This document shows positions 1 through 12,013 of a stretch of 64,000 nt of DNA, one piece after another. Made by a program: the position numbers and the translations under genes. The stretch spans positions 1 through 64,000 of the forward strand of contig NOWV01000222.1 in the NCBI GenBank assembly GCA_003344405.1, given 5' to 3'. How positions within the stretch are numbered: the first letter of the stretch is position 1; the number at the start of each line of letters is the position of its first letter. Source of the stretch: Trichoplax sp. H2 (Eukaryota). The notes beneath the pieces are model-generated. The model was not told where the DNA came from. It worked only from the letters and a program-made list of their open reading frames with translations, and ran no database searches.

Positions 1-512
1 TGTCACAATTTCACTTCTGCGACAAGGTAACGTACAGTAAAAGTCTATAAGTAGCTACTGACTTAAACGCCCTTTTACTTAACGTTAAGCACACACAGCA
101 AAAGACTGTAAAGATGAAACTTTTAATAGCAAAAATACATCTACAACTTTTTTTACCATACTATCAACTCAAATGTTCCCGTTTATATAGAAACCATCTA
201 ATTTGTAAACAACAACAGTATTATTATTATACCTTACTAGGAGAAACATCTCGAACTGAGATGCTCCTTACATAGCTTTTCTATCAGTAAATATTTTGAA
301 CCTCTTACTCATACTTAATCTTAATCTAAGCTCGTAGGTTGTCTAATTCAACTATCATCAACTAGAACTTGAATCATCCTACTGTTATCTATCAGGCAAT
401 AACAATCAATATCAAATATGTAATGAACTATTACAAACAACATCCACGTTAAGGCATTACTTATCTTTCCTAGCACTACAAATATGGATATTCTCCATAA
501 TAGCTACTACTG
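1..512 (-). mobile_element. Solo-LTR-like element, family D (truncated by element E at 513)
   Basis: Begins TGTCACA with the same terminal hairpin and GACTTAAACGCC..ACGTTAA motif as families A/B; 345-512 is repeated at about 1980-2146. Confidence 0.6.
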
Positions 513-1529
513 TGTAATGAAATGAAAAGTGTAGAGATCAAGCTACGAAACTTTAACAAACTTTGATTCTACTTTCGTGGCACTCCGGTCGACTTAACGC
601 TAATACTTTGACACCAAATAAAATTTGGGGAAATAACCGAACAACAATTTATTTCAAAACAAAAATGGAGAGAAGTATAAACCGAACAACCGCACAAATA
701 CTTAGCTTTAAGTATTATTAAAATAAATGACAGACTTAAAAACTGTCAACGACCAAACAACCTTTCAAAAAGAAGAACGTTTTAACTTACGACAATTCGA
801 CCCCGAATGCCTTTTAAATTCAACAAGTTCTTCAAATAAAATCTTCTTCTACTCTCCCTCTAAATTTTCTAATTGCACTATCATTTATAGGCTTCGTAGA
901 GCCGTCAAAGGTATTTAAAACTAAACATTTGCTAACCAATCCGTTTTAGAAAACTACTTTGCACCATTTAAGAAAACAAAAATCATTCAAAGTTCAGACA
1001 CAATTTACCCTACGATTCCCTTACAAAACACTATAAAAGTAATAAACTAACTATAAAAATACATCAAACTTCATTTCTAACATAATTTCTATCATTAATA
1101 CACTATAAAAGTCTAAAAATCAACCTTTAAACATCAAGATTTAGTCATAAAAACAACATTCTGACTACCTAACAATCAACACAACCTCTGCCAATTTCCA
1201 TCTTATTTTCTATTTTCCTCACTAAATCTCCTAATGTGACTTCAAGTCACGTCATAAAATTCCAAAGTTTCAAATTCATAACAAAAAGTCCAAATCTCAA
1301 AAATCAACTCTTACGATATTTTTCATGAACAAAAATCCAAAAATTAAAACAGAAAAATTATAATTCAGACATGAATTAAAAATAAACCCGACCGGTTCCA
1401 AAACAGGAAAATTATATCGGACACAAACCCGACCGGTCCCAGAATCCGAAAACAAACCCGACCGGTCCCAGAATCCGAAAACTATATCGGACACAAATCC
1501 GGAAAAATTCGGTTTTTATAAAGATCACA
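513..1529 (-). mobile_element. About 1.0-kb LTR-like element, family E
   Basis: On the minus strand: TGTGAT...ATTACA termini, CTATAAAT TATA-like box near 883-890, AATAAA near 648-653, internal tandem motifs at 1385-1500. Flanks do not form a TSD. Confidence 0.5.
1385..1500. repeat. Short tandem motifs AAACCCGACCGGT(C/T)CCA x3 and TATATCGGACACAAA x2
   Basis: Seen directly. Confidence 0.85.
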
Positions 1530-1979
1530 GTAATCGCTTATCAAAAAAAATCTATATGACTACTACGACTACTTTTCTGACATTAGTATCGCTTAGTATT
1601 CGCGAGTATTGACAGTTGATGTTTTAGCGTCAAATTGTACTGGAACTGTACGATTATAGACTACATTACAGTACTTTATCGTCATGTTATAAATCCCCTT
1701 TCTCTAAGGATAAGGTTTTGCTACTAAGTCAAATTCCTTTACAATTTGAATAGACGATCAAACGCTGTTTCTTTAGATTAGGCATTTGCTCTATAGGGCT
1801 ACTTCTATAGTAATCTATATAATACCTTGTAAAATAATGAAGAAGAAAAGATGGCGACATGATGATTTGGCAGGGTAAAACTTAAAGACACTATCACTTT
1901 GTAGGTACATTCTATAGTAAAATAATACTAATTACATACTAAAAACTACAAAGGACTCTACTTTTAGTCCTTTTACTAC

Positions 1980-2186
1980 ATTCAATTATCATCAACTAGA
2001 CCTTGAATCATCTTGCTGCTATCTATCACACAATAACAATCAATATCAATTATGTATGAACTTTTACAAACCACATCCACGTTAAGGCATTAGTTATCTT
2101 AGCTAGCACTACAAATATGGATATTCTCCATACTAGCTACTACTGTACTTATTAAACTATCCTAATGACACTGTAACACCGTAACA
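1980..2186 (-). mobile_element. Fragment of a family D LTR-like element (5' end)
   Basis: Near-copy of 345-512 that continues to a CCGTAACA terminus matching the family B terminus. Confidence 0.55.
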
Positions 2187-2527
2187 CCTTCTCCATCGTC
2201 GATCCAGTAAATCTATATCGTATCTTAATATTAAGTAGGATTTACCTACAAATATTATTTCTGTACTGATATAATCGGTACTTGTCTAACTTTTAACATA
2301 GAGGGATACGCGTATTTTATAGTGTGCCTAACTATAGGATATTTTAGCTCAATTCAGTACTACTCAACCACTTTTTCTTTCTTCATTCATTATTATTAAT
2401 GTATCGATGCAAAAAGATATGCTTCTTTTACTTGATTAAATAACAAAAAATCTACGCCTTGAGTTTGCTATCGTCACTACGATGATGAATATTATAATAC
2501 TTTACGTCTTAAGCATCCCTAGATGGC

Positions 2528-3120
2528 TGTTACAATTCAGTCTTTGTGACATGGAAACGCAAAATAAAAGTCTTTACGTATCTCGCTGGCATGAACGTCT
2601 TTTACCTCACAAATAGGTGCACAACTAAAGGTAGTAACAACAAGGCTTTCATGAGCACTTTTTTAATTGCTCGAACGATTAATATCTATATAGTAACCAT
2701 CTTGCTTGTAAATAACTCTAATCTAATTATTAAGCTTTACCAAAGTATGTTTCTTCGAATACATTATCCCAACATAGCTGTTGTATTAGTAAACAATCTT
2801 AACATACTGCTCATACGTAATCCTAATTCAAGCAAGAATGCTGTCTAATTCAACTACCCTGGACCAGGATTTAATCATCTTATTACTTTCTAAACATAAA
2901 ATAATCGATATCTAATATATAAGTTCAGATCTTAAATTTTGATTATAATAATTGGTAGAAGCCAGCTCGCTATCTTTCACATAGTGTGTGCATTTGTAAT
3001 TTTTACTTTACATGATTTGCGAGAAGGCATTAACTATCACGTCTAGACTTACAATTATAGACTTTGCTATTTCATCTTCGACTACAAAACTACTCGACGG
3101 GTAAGACAGTACCTTAGCAC
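2528..3120 (-). mobile_element. Diverged family D-like solo LTR
   Basis: Starts TGTTACAATTCAGTCTTTGTGACA (terminal hairpin); 2790-2920 and 3015-3070 align by eye with 290-420 and 445-500. Right end approximate; no TSD. Confidence 0.5.
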
Positions 3121-4106
3121 CAAATCGCAATTCTATATCATTGTAATAGCAACGCAGAATTTGTCTATTGCGGATACGTTGTGTAGCTGTATCTCATCTC
3201 CTAAATTATATAGTTGAAACCATAGATCAACTCCGGTTACTTGATGCTTCTGATTTTACTAATGCACTCTTTTAAACAAATAAAATTTCTTATCAATGTA
3301 TTCAAGTCGCTTATGATTATATAAATCAATTAGTAAATTTTCCAGATTCGCAAATGATTAGCTATAAAATTCCACGAATGACGTTATGATCGATAATAAT
3401 AGACGAAATCAAAAAGTTCCACTTAATGGAAACCTTGCTATATCACCGCTAGCAACAGAAGTACATATATGCACATGTTTGAACCCTAATTGAAAATTCT
3501 ATCAATCTGCACACAATAGCTCTTTGTCTCATATTTATTGTTATCTTTCTGTTCCGCAAATATTTGCGTATTTTTAAACTGTTACGACTTAATCCTGAAT
3601 TTTAGGTTCAAATGACAAAAAAGGCACTAATTATGGATATATATATAACAACTATTGGGTGCCTTATGTTACAAAATCAACTCCAGCAATACACAAAAAT
3701 TAAAAATTAATCACCATTACTTCTTTTCAAGGGCAAATGGCAGCTATTTTCTACACAATAAATTGCTTATTCGTAATCGGTTACCATAAGTGTTATAGGT
3801 ATGAAATCGAAATCAAAGTTGCCTATTGCTTAAAGCGGACATTAATATTTTGTATATAATAGTAAATTTATTAACAGAACCAAAAGCCGCTACACAGCAG
3901 CGTGTAGTAATATATTTAATGTGGATAATTTCAGAATAACTGAATAGATTTTCGAAAAGTAGTATAAATGAAAGTTGGTATCATTGCCTTAAGAAATTAA
4001 GCCGGGATGAAAATTTAGATTAAAATACATACTTATACATTGTTATATTAGCAATTAAATGTTATTAAAAATTGATAGTCGCAATGTATCTATAGTAGCT
4101 AGCACT

Positions 4107-7100
4107 TTATTTGTGTCTGATACTTTGTCTAAAAGAATGCCTAAGTGATTTTCTAGGCACATATGAACCTATAATATGGGAAAATAGACAGCAGTTATTC
4201 AAATAGTCAAAACGAAAAAATATGTAAGTATATATATCAACCTTAGTAGCTGACACTCCACGTCTAAAATGCTTACTTGTATCGAACTTTGATCCACTAA
4301 CTTGATTCTGACTGTCTTCATCCATATCTCTCCGTCGAAAAGATCGCTAAAGATGATACAAGATTGTAACAGTTACTTAACTGTTGAAATATCTTAGTAA
4401 AGAGCCAGAATATTGCTACATACAGCTGTTGACTTAGGCTACATTGCGTATTCAAATTAAATATCAATGAATATCCGGTTATTTAGCATTATAGCTAACG
4501 TAATTACCATAATTCCGTGCTTCTGACAAAGCATATAACTGACATACGGACAGTTTAGTTACAAATAATAGAAGTCATTGCTTGCCAATATTAGATATGT
4601 TCGCTACTGATAACAACTTATTAAGTATTGCATGTGGACTGGTATGAGTTATGTATCCTAGTTGTGAACTGCATAATACTATACCGGGTTAGGCATTGAT
4701 GGAAAAAGTAATTATATCTTAGCTCTGCTATTCTCGAAAACCGCATTAAAGTTTTTTATTTTATTTTCTGTAGATTTAAAATTATTTTCGGAGAATTTAA
4801 TTTCTTTTAGATTAGATATTACAGTTAAATAGGTTTATAAAAGTATATGGAGTGTACCCGTACCAAATAAGTTTTGCCTTTTCTGTTGCTAATGGTGGAT
4901 GTAACAACAAACTTTCGTCTCATGGTTGAAGATAAGGCGTGTCTAACCTAAGGTTAGTTTACAAATTCGTAAGAAACGAAATGAAATTCAGTAACGAAGG
5001 GAATGAAGCAGAAAACTAGATATAAAACATGATTTATATTGTCGTACGCACTCTACATAAATCTGCAAGATTTTCGCAGACTATGTTTAATACAGTATTC
5101 CTCCATACGCACATTTACGAATACGCAATTTATGATAGTATTCTAACCTCCGAATTTAGTAGGCAATGAAACAGAAGGATGAAAAGGCCCTAATTAGAAA
5201 ATAAATTTTTAATATTAACGAATCAATGCTCATCCGATGGACTTGAAAGACTTTCGCTGTCCAGTAATTCTGGTATTCTAACTACAGAAAAATTTGTAGG
5301 CCGGAACCACTATTTGTTAAGCGATTAATGCTTTAATTATATGTGTTTATAATTTCTAAATACGTAGTGCTTTTGAATTATTTCTATTCTGTTGCAGCAG
5401 CTTAAGATGCTTTCAAATGACATACTATCTTAAAATGAATATAGACCTGTATGTAACCCATATTCACCTGAAAACTATTGAATATAACAAATAAGTATGC
5501 AAAGATAATGGTTTCTTCTGTCAGCGGTATCAAACCAAAGACCCATGTCAAACCAAGAATGGGCAATAAAATTGCGGTAGCTTTTACAATTGATCTTTGA
5601 AAGAAATTCGAATAAACTAGTTATCTAACTTAATGATTGAATTTGCCTGGCAAGTACTTCACAGTCAAATTATATTAAAGCAAAAAAAGCACTTATAAAA
5701 GATCTACTCTTACTTGACTTTTAGTAGAGTGGTGTTTTTTGTCACATTTTCGCCAGCAACGGATCCACTTTTAGCAACTGATATTTGTATCACCGCTACC
5801 ATGATGACTGCATTCGCCTTTTGAAGATTAGAAATAAGATAATTGATTCATACCTTATGGTAGTCTAACGTTTGATCCAAAGGAAATTACTGTTTTACGA
5901 ATACTATAAGTCTTAGTAATATTGAACAATACTACAATCTCTTAAATTTAGTTAGCTTCACTAACCGCTAATACTCCAATGATTGGGCCAAGGAAAGACC
6001 AGATCATGCCATCTGCGTAGGAAAGCCAACACCTATTACATACGTATAAATGCAATCAATTGGTTGGATGCAAAGTGCGATTATCATTACTTTACGATAT
6101 GTACGTGCAAGACGCAATAAAATGAGGGTCATGTTAGTTTATTTGCTAGGGTATCCAAAAGAAGTATGAATTCATTGAGCTGACTATATTAATATAGTAC
6201 AGTATGGTATCTATGATTTATATGCAAAATTTACCCTGGAATAAAACTTACCTAGCGTCTTTGCCGTAGCCATCCCATCTTATAATTGCAGTTGAAGTAA
6301 CAATAACACATGGTATACCTGAATTAAGAAGTGTCTGAGGATGAGTTTTAGGCACTAATACGCATATATATATACGTGTATCTGAATATTAATGAGCATA
6401 TCTTTATCTTAAATAAATGAATTATTTATCAATCTGATACAAAATTTTAGTTCAACATACCCCATCCAATACACAGGTATAGCTTAATTTTACTTTTGTG
6501 ATTAAAGACAGCAATGATAACAAAGTACAAGTGCAATCCCTCGACAAACATCCAAGTAAATGACGCCAAGTAAGAAAGATGGAGCAAGATAGCTGATATC
6601 TTGCATAATATCTAGATCGTAGTATCATTAAGGATAAAGTGGTTAATTTTAACAGAAGAACAATAACTAAGTTGAATTACTTCGCAAATTTTGATACATG
6701 GTTATTATGATATGATATCAATTCTATCAATTCAGCTTTAAACAAACTATTATCAGAGTAAACTTATTATATTTGTAATTAGGTACTACCTCTGTACGTG
6801 TATTCCTTTAAAACTACAAGCATTTGATAATATTTTTAAGAAAGTCAGAAATATATTATATTGAAAGATATTGAATTCTCTACATAACTTTTATGGTATT
6901 AGCAAGTATAAAGTCAAACCTTGATTTCTGCGGCGTTCATCGTTATGATTAACATTATTTGAGCGAGTATTAGCGCAAGAATAAAATTTTTATGAACGAA
7001 AAATCGTTCAGTATTAAGCCTGAAAGCGTGCCATAAGCGAATAATTAGCGGTAGAAAAATGATTCATAAATATGCAAGTCCATACGTTATACCTTTCCTA

Positions 7101-10100
7101 TACGACTGTAAATTGTATTTTCAGTTATCTGAATTAAAAGTAACATTACTTCCTCATGTACCTTAAAAATGTATAACAAAAAATTGTGATTGCCATGGAT
7201 ATAATGGAGAATCCAATTCCAATGTATGTTATGAACTGTAAAATCTCCAGGTCCCGATCAAATTTTGTTAAATTCACCTTCAAAAGAATCAAGAAATTCA
7301 ATACATACAGGAATGTGGTACTAAAGTTTAGACTGATAGAGATGACGTTCATAACGTATAAAGAGAAACTGTAGGCAAATTTGCAAATGTAAGATATAAA
7401 TCAGACATTAAACATAAAATTTCTAAATACCTCTGTTATTTGCAACATAATGGCAAAATGTGTTAAGTGATTACAGGAACAAACGGTATAAGTCTCAGAT
7501 TGATTTACGATCAAACAGCCATTTTTCGACCATTTCCTATTTGCATTTCAAAAAAGACAATATTTAAACCGATTTGAGCATTTCTATACACAGATTTGGT
7601 ATCAACCAGCAAATTCTGAAGCCATTGCATTAACATTTAAGCACGCTAAAGTAATCAATGTGTACGTATTTATTAGTATTTACCAAAAATGCAATCATAA
7701 GGTTAATACAATAGGGAAAAATAAAACTAGATCGAAAGTAAATCGCTCCTTTGCAAAGCATTTGGGTGACTACGGTAAATACTGTTTTAATAGAATACCT
7801 AAGCGTAGTATTCCAAAATACGCAAGTGGTTTTAAGCTTTTTGCCTTTAGGTTCATAATCATAACGATAAATGAAAGGTCTTTTGTATCCGTGAAAAGCC
7901 GATTTGGGATAGACGGTGCAAGATACGATAGAAGACAAGTTGGTTCTTGAATCACTAAAGAAAAATAGTTATGTATCTTATTAGGCGTAATTAGGTATTT
8001 AATTACTACAATAAACACCATATCAAGTAACCTATACGTTTTTTTTATTCTTATTTATTGTGCTACAGTATAATTACTTGAAATATCCAAATATTTCATT
8101 AGGAGCTTTTAGAACGCCAACACTGACACTGACAATTGCACCTAAAAATTACGATCACATACTTTAAGCTTAGCAATAACGCCTCATTTTTGTTGATCTA
8201 AAACTATCGCTTTCGCATTACCAATACTTTAGGCGTAATAAGAATTGAAAGCAACTAATTTACATCTATCCTAAAAGTTTCCACTGCTACTAATTATATT
8301 GAATATTCCTATTAATTATCATTACCTGGATCAAGTGATTCTCTAGAAATATAAACTGATACCGAACGTTCACTACCCTGATTAATTGGAAAAGATGCAT
8401 AATAGTCGTCTACAGTATGGTTGGTATTGTTGACATCGCCAACTACGTAAGCTGTTGCAATCAAAATAGTTAAGGAATTACCATAAGATTACACTCTTGG
8501 ACGCTAGCGAAAAATACTAGTAATTAAGCGTTATCTTGAGATATTATATGGTACATGATAATGTAGCTTCAAATCCTTACCAGTTTTGCTGTTAGTAACA
8601 TTAATTTTATCTCCATTATTTAATGTAGGCGATAACTTGTCACCTAATTTATCCATGGAGACAACAGATTGAGTCGCCAGTGCTCCATGAGTGTGACCAT
8701 TCTGCAATGATTTATTGTTGCATTATTATTTTTGAAAGCAATTTGTCATAATAGTGATATTTCGCTCTCCTCTATTTCCGTAAAGCTGTTATTACTGTAT
8801 CAAGCTCCAACATACCGAATGGCCGGCGGCATAAGCGGATACTTTGTCAAATCGGTCAATGTAAGCCTGTCATTAGAGAAAGGCGTTAATAATTAAGATA
8901 ATTTACAGGACCATTGCGGTCATACTTTTCATTAATAATAATGGCTGCAATCGTTGAGGAAAATGCATTTATTTTTATAACTGAAACGATTAAAAATTGA
9001 CGACCATTCTAGCTATTGGACGAAAATCTGCAATTGTTATTCATACTGACTTCATAGCAAAACAACAGTAAATTTTGCAGTAAAGATAAGACGTAGTAAG
9101 CGGTCAGTAGTTTGAGCAACATTGATACTTACTGAGGCAAATTGAGTTTTATCATGATGACTGGCATTCTTTAAGATGGCTTCCACAACGAGCGATTGCA
9201 TTTGATAATATTGTATCATAGGATCTGAATAACCTTGTGCAGAATTACCTAAAGCCAGTGGTTTATGTAATATTGTGGTCACATTCTGTACTGGTTTAGT
9301 ATTGGGAACCTAGCGATTGATATTTCATGTCGAGTTAGTTTATAGACCGGTATATCAGGTCAAATTGTTTCTAATGCACAAGAGTACATAAATGTCAATA
9401 GCAAACCGGGTTTTGGAAAGGTACTTTCGTCGTTGCTGAACCTGTAGCACTACTTGTACTTGCTGCTGCTATATCAGAAGAAATGGAATGATTGCGATTT
9501 AAGTAAGCATGACTTGCGATTTCCTATCGATATTTTTACACTATCATTATGACACAGTCTACAATAGGTACTGCGGGTAGCCTTCAAATCATTTTATGAG
9601 GTATGCAGTACACTGTCGCTACCGAAGAGCTTAACATATCATTTATGCTGACGTTGCAATACAACTTTATGCGCATATAAACCGATCAACTTCCAAATGG
9701 AAATTCTAATCAAGTTTTAGTTGATAAATGTAATTTAATCAGATGAAGAAGTTTTAATATCCGATTATAAATTTGGGTTTGGCAGATATTCGTAGAACTG
9801 GCTATCATGATGAGCTAATGTATGTTAATACACAGCTTTCATTAGTACGCATACCGCTAGTGGTGGCCATTGGAGTAGTCACTGGCGCGTTAGTGGAGGG
9901 GATACTTGTGCTTGATGGTGCAGTATTGGAGCTAGTTACAGTAGTCATGGCTGTAGATGGCGTTGTCGATGGTGCTGTAGTTGGCAAAGTAGTAACTTTA
10001 GTAGTCGATTTACTGGTTACTTCGCTCGTTGTTCCAGCTAAAACTGTAGTTGTTGCCTTAGTGGTTAAATCGGTTGTTGCTTTGTTGGTGGTTGGCACAG

Positions 10101-12013
10101 TTATGGTAGGAGATGTTGAATCTGTAGTAGCGGCTGTTGTTGATCCTGTAGAGGGCTGTGTCGTTTTTGGAGTAGAGACTTGAGATAGGCTTGCATTTTG
10201 AGTAACCTCAGTAGTAATAACACTTTCACTTGCAGTGGTTGTTTCCATGGCAGCCAGTGAGGTGGCTTCAGAAGTCATCTCTGTAGTCGCTTCTGTTGTT
10301 CCATTGGTAGTCTCCTCCAAGGTGCTTTCCGTAGTTGTTTCTGCCGTTAAATCTGTAGTATTTCCATCAGTTGTACCTGTACTCCAATCGGTAGTTGCTT
10401 GCATAGCAAAATTGCTGCCTGTGGTAACTTCATTACCGTCGTCTGTAGCAGCTTGGCTAGTAGCCGCTATGGCTGCCACAGTGTTCTCAATTCCTGTGCT
10501 TGTTTCTGTAAATGCTTCTGTTGTTGCATTTGACGATGCTCTAGTTACGTCAGCCGTTACTCCAGTCGTTGCTTCAGTCGTTGATGGTGTCGTCGCTTCC
10601 GTAGTTGCTTCACTTGTTGATTCGGAGGTCGCTTCCGCAGTTACTTTAGTCGTCGCTTCGGCAGTGACCACGGCAGAGGTAGTTTCAGTAGCTGCTTCAG
10701 TCACGACCTCAGTTGCCTCGCTAGTACCGTTAGTGGTTGTTTCAGTCGTTGCTTCAGTCGTCGCTTTAGTCGTCGCTTCAGTCGTCGCTTCAGTCGTTGC
10801 TTCAGTGGTTGTTTCAGAGGTTGCTTCAGTCGTTGCTTCAGTCGTTGCTTCAGTCGTCGCTTCAGTCGTTGCTTCGGTCGTTGCTTCAGTCGTTGCTTCA
10901 GTCGTTGCTTCAGTTGTTGCTTCAGTCGTTGCTTCAGTCGTCGCTTCAGTCGTCGCTTCAGTCGTTGCTTCAGTGGTTGCTTCAGTGGTTGCTTCAGTCG
11001 TTGCTTCAGTCGTTGCTTCAGTCGTTGCTTCAGTCGTTACTTCAGTTGTTGCTTTAGTTGTCGCTTCAGTGCTCGCTTCAGTCGTTGCTTCAGTGCTCGC
11101 TTCAGTCGTTGCTTCAGTTGTTGCTTCAATCGTTGCTTCAGTCGTTGCTTCCGTGGTTACTTCTGTTGTTGCTTCAGTCGTCGCTTCAGTTGTCGCTTCA
11201 GTTGTCGCTTCCGTCGTTGCTTCCGTCGTTGCTTCCGTCGTTGCTTCCGTCGTTGCTTCCGTTGTTGCTTCAGTTGTTGCTTCGGTCGTCGCCTCAGTTG
11301 TCGCTTCAGTCGTTGCTTCAGTCGTTGCTTCAGTCGTCGCTTCAGTTGTTGCTTCAGTTGTTGCTACAGTTGTTGCTATTGTAGTCGCTTCAGTCGTTGG
11401 AACAGTGGCGTCTTGTCACAAGTACGTAATAAAATGTGTATCAGCGATATACAGTATAAAATGAAATAAAATGAATTCTAGTGTACTTATTTTACGATGT
11501 AATATGAATTAAGAGAGAGAATCGTTATCCAACTGAATATTGCAATTTTCTACTGCTCTAATGGAGCCGTTTAATGCATCGATTATAACTTACTGTATTC
11601 GCATATATACCGAATCGAAAAACCTTCACATTGGGCTTCATTCCATTTCCAATCGCTACTGACATAAGTATAGTGGGCACATTGAAAAAATGCGCTCATT
11701 CTAGTAGAGAACTGCCAGTCACTAAATCCATAATCAGCTATTGATTTTAAAGTCTGAATCCAGATGCGATCAGCATCGTTTTCAAAGCCTGGGAGACCGT
11801 TAGTATGGAAACTTCCTAACCAGTATTTATCTACACTATTTGTCAGCAGATTGGCTTTGATAAAATCATTTTTGGCTACGCTATCTACGTAGACTAGTTT
11901 AGAGCCAGTTCGAAGGCTTTCACATTCAGTAATAGCCTCGGAGTATTTTTTTAAAAGCGATCCAACTATTAAGCAACTACTGCCATAATTCTGCCATCCC
12001 GAATCGCATTGAC
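4107..12013 (-). CDS. Adhesion GPCR paralogue 1 (multi-exon; C-type lectin + TEAT mucin stalk + GAIN/GPS + 7TM, ADGRD1/GPR133-like 7TM); 5' signal exon not located
   Basis: Phase-compatible GT-AG exons read by hand: CTL 11594-12013; mucin 9855-11411; GAIN exons about 9470 to 7799 (...TTCVFWNTTL); GPS 7431-7536 (WSKNGC...CSCNHLTHFAIML); TM1 7162-7277; TM2 6920-7019 (LNTERFFVHKNF); TM3 (SFTWMFVEGLHLY...GWG); CWLSY..GMIWSFLGP; TM6 (KATAILLPILGLTWVFG); TM7 (FQGLFILLFHCLLNSEVR); tail ending near 4107. The 3' terminal exon is less certain. Confidence 0.9.
9855..11411 (-). CDS. Thr/Ala/Glu-rich mucin-like stalk exon of aGPCR paralogue 1
   Basis: 1557-nt open phase 1-1 exon (AG at 11412-11413, GTATGC donor); (TEAT)n followed by Thr/Ser/Pro-rich sequence; overlaps ORF 9805..10704. 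Confidence 0.85.
10740..11395. repeat. 12-bp coding minisatellite (GCTTCAGTCGTT)n, about 54 units, encoding TEAT on the minus strand
   Basis: Direct tandem repeat visible in the sequence. Confidence 0.95.
11594..12013 (-). CDS. C-type lectin domain exon of aGPCR paralogue 1 (absent from the ORF track)
   Basis: 420-nt phase 1-1 exon: QCDSGWQNYGSSC...C...LVYVDS...YWLG...WKWNEAQC...RYICE, with the long-form CTLD cysteine pattern. Confidence 0.9.

Noticed and set aside
10740..11395. Regular short repeats as a possible CRISPR array
   Set aside because: Contiguous 12-bp coding units without unique spacers, in eukaryotic context with no cas genes.
9773..11464. Long + strand Val/Ala/Ser ORFs (VASV)n and (LLQS)n, also at 39318-40118 and 60084-61932
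   Set aside because: Antisense or alternative-frame shadows of the Thr-rich minus-strand exons; they have no splice or domain context.
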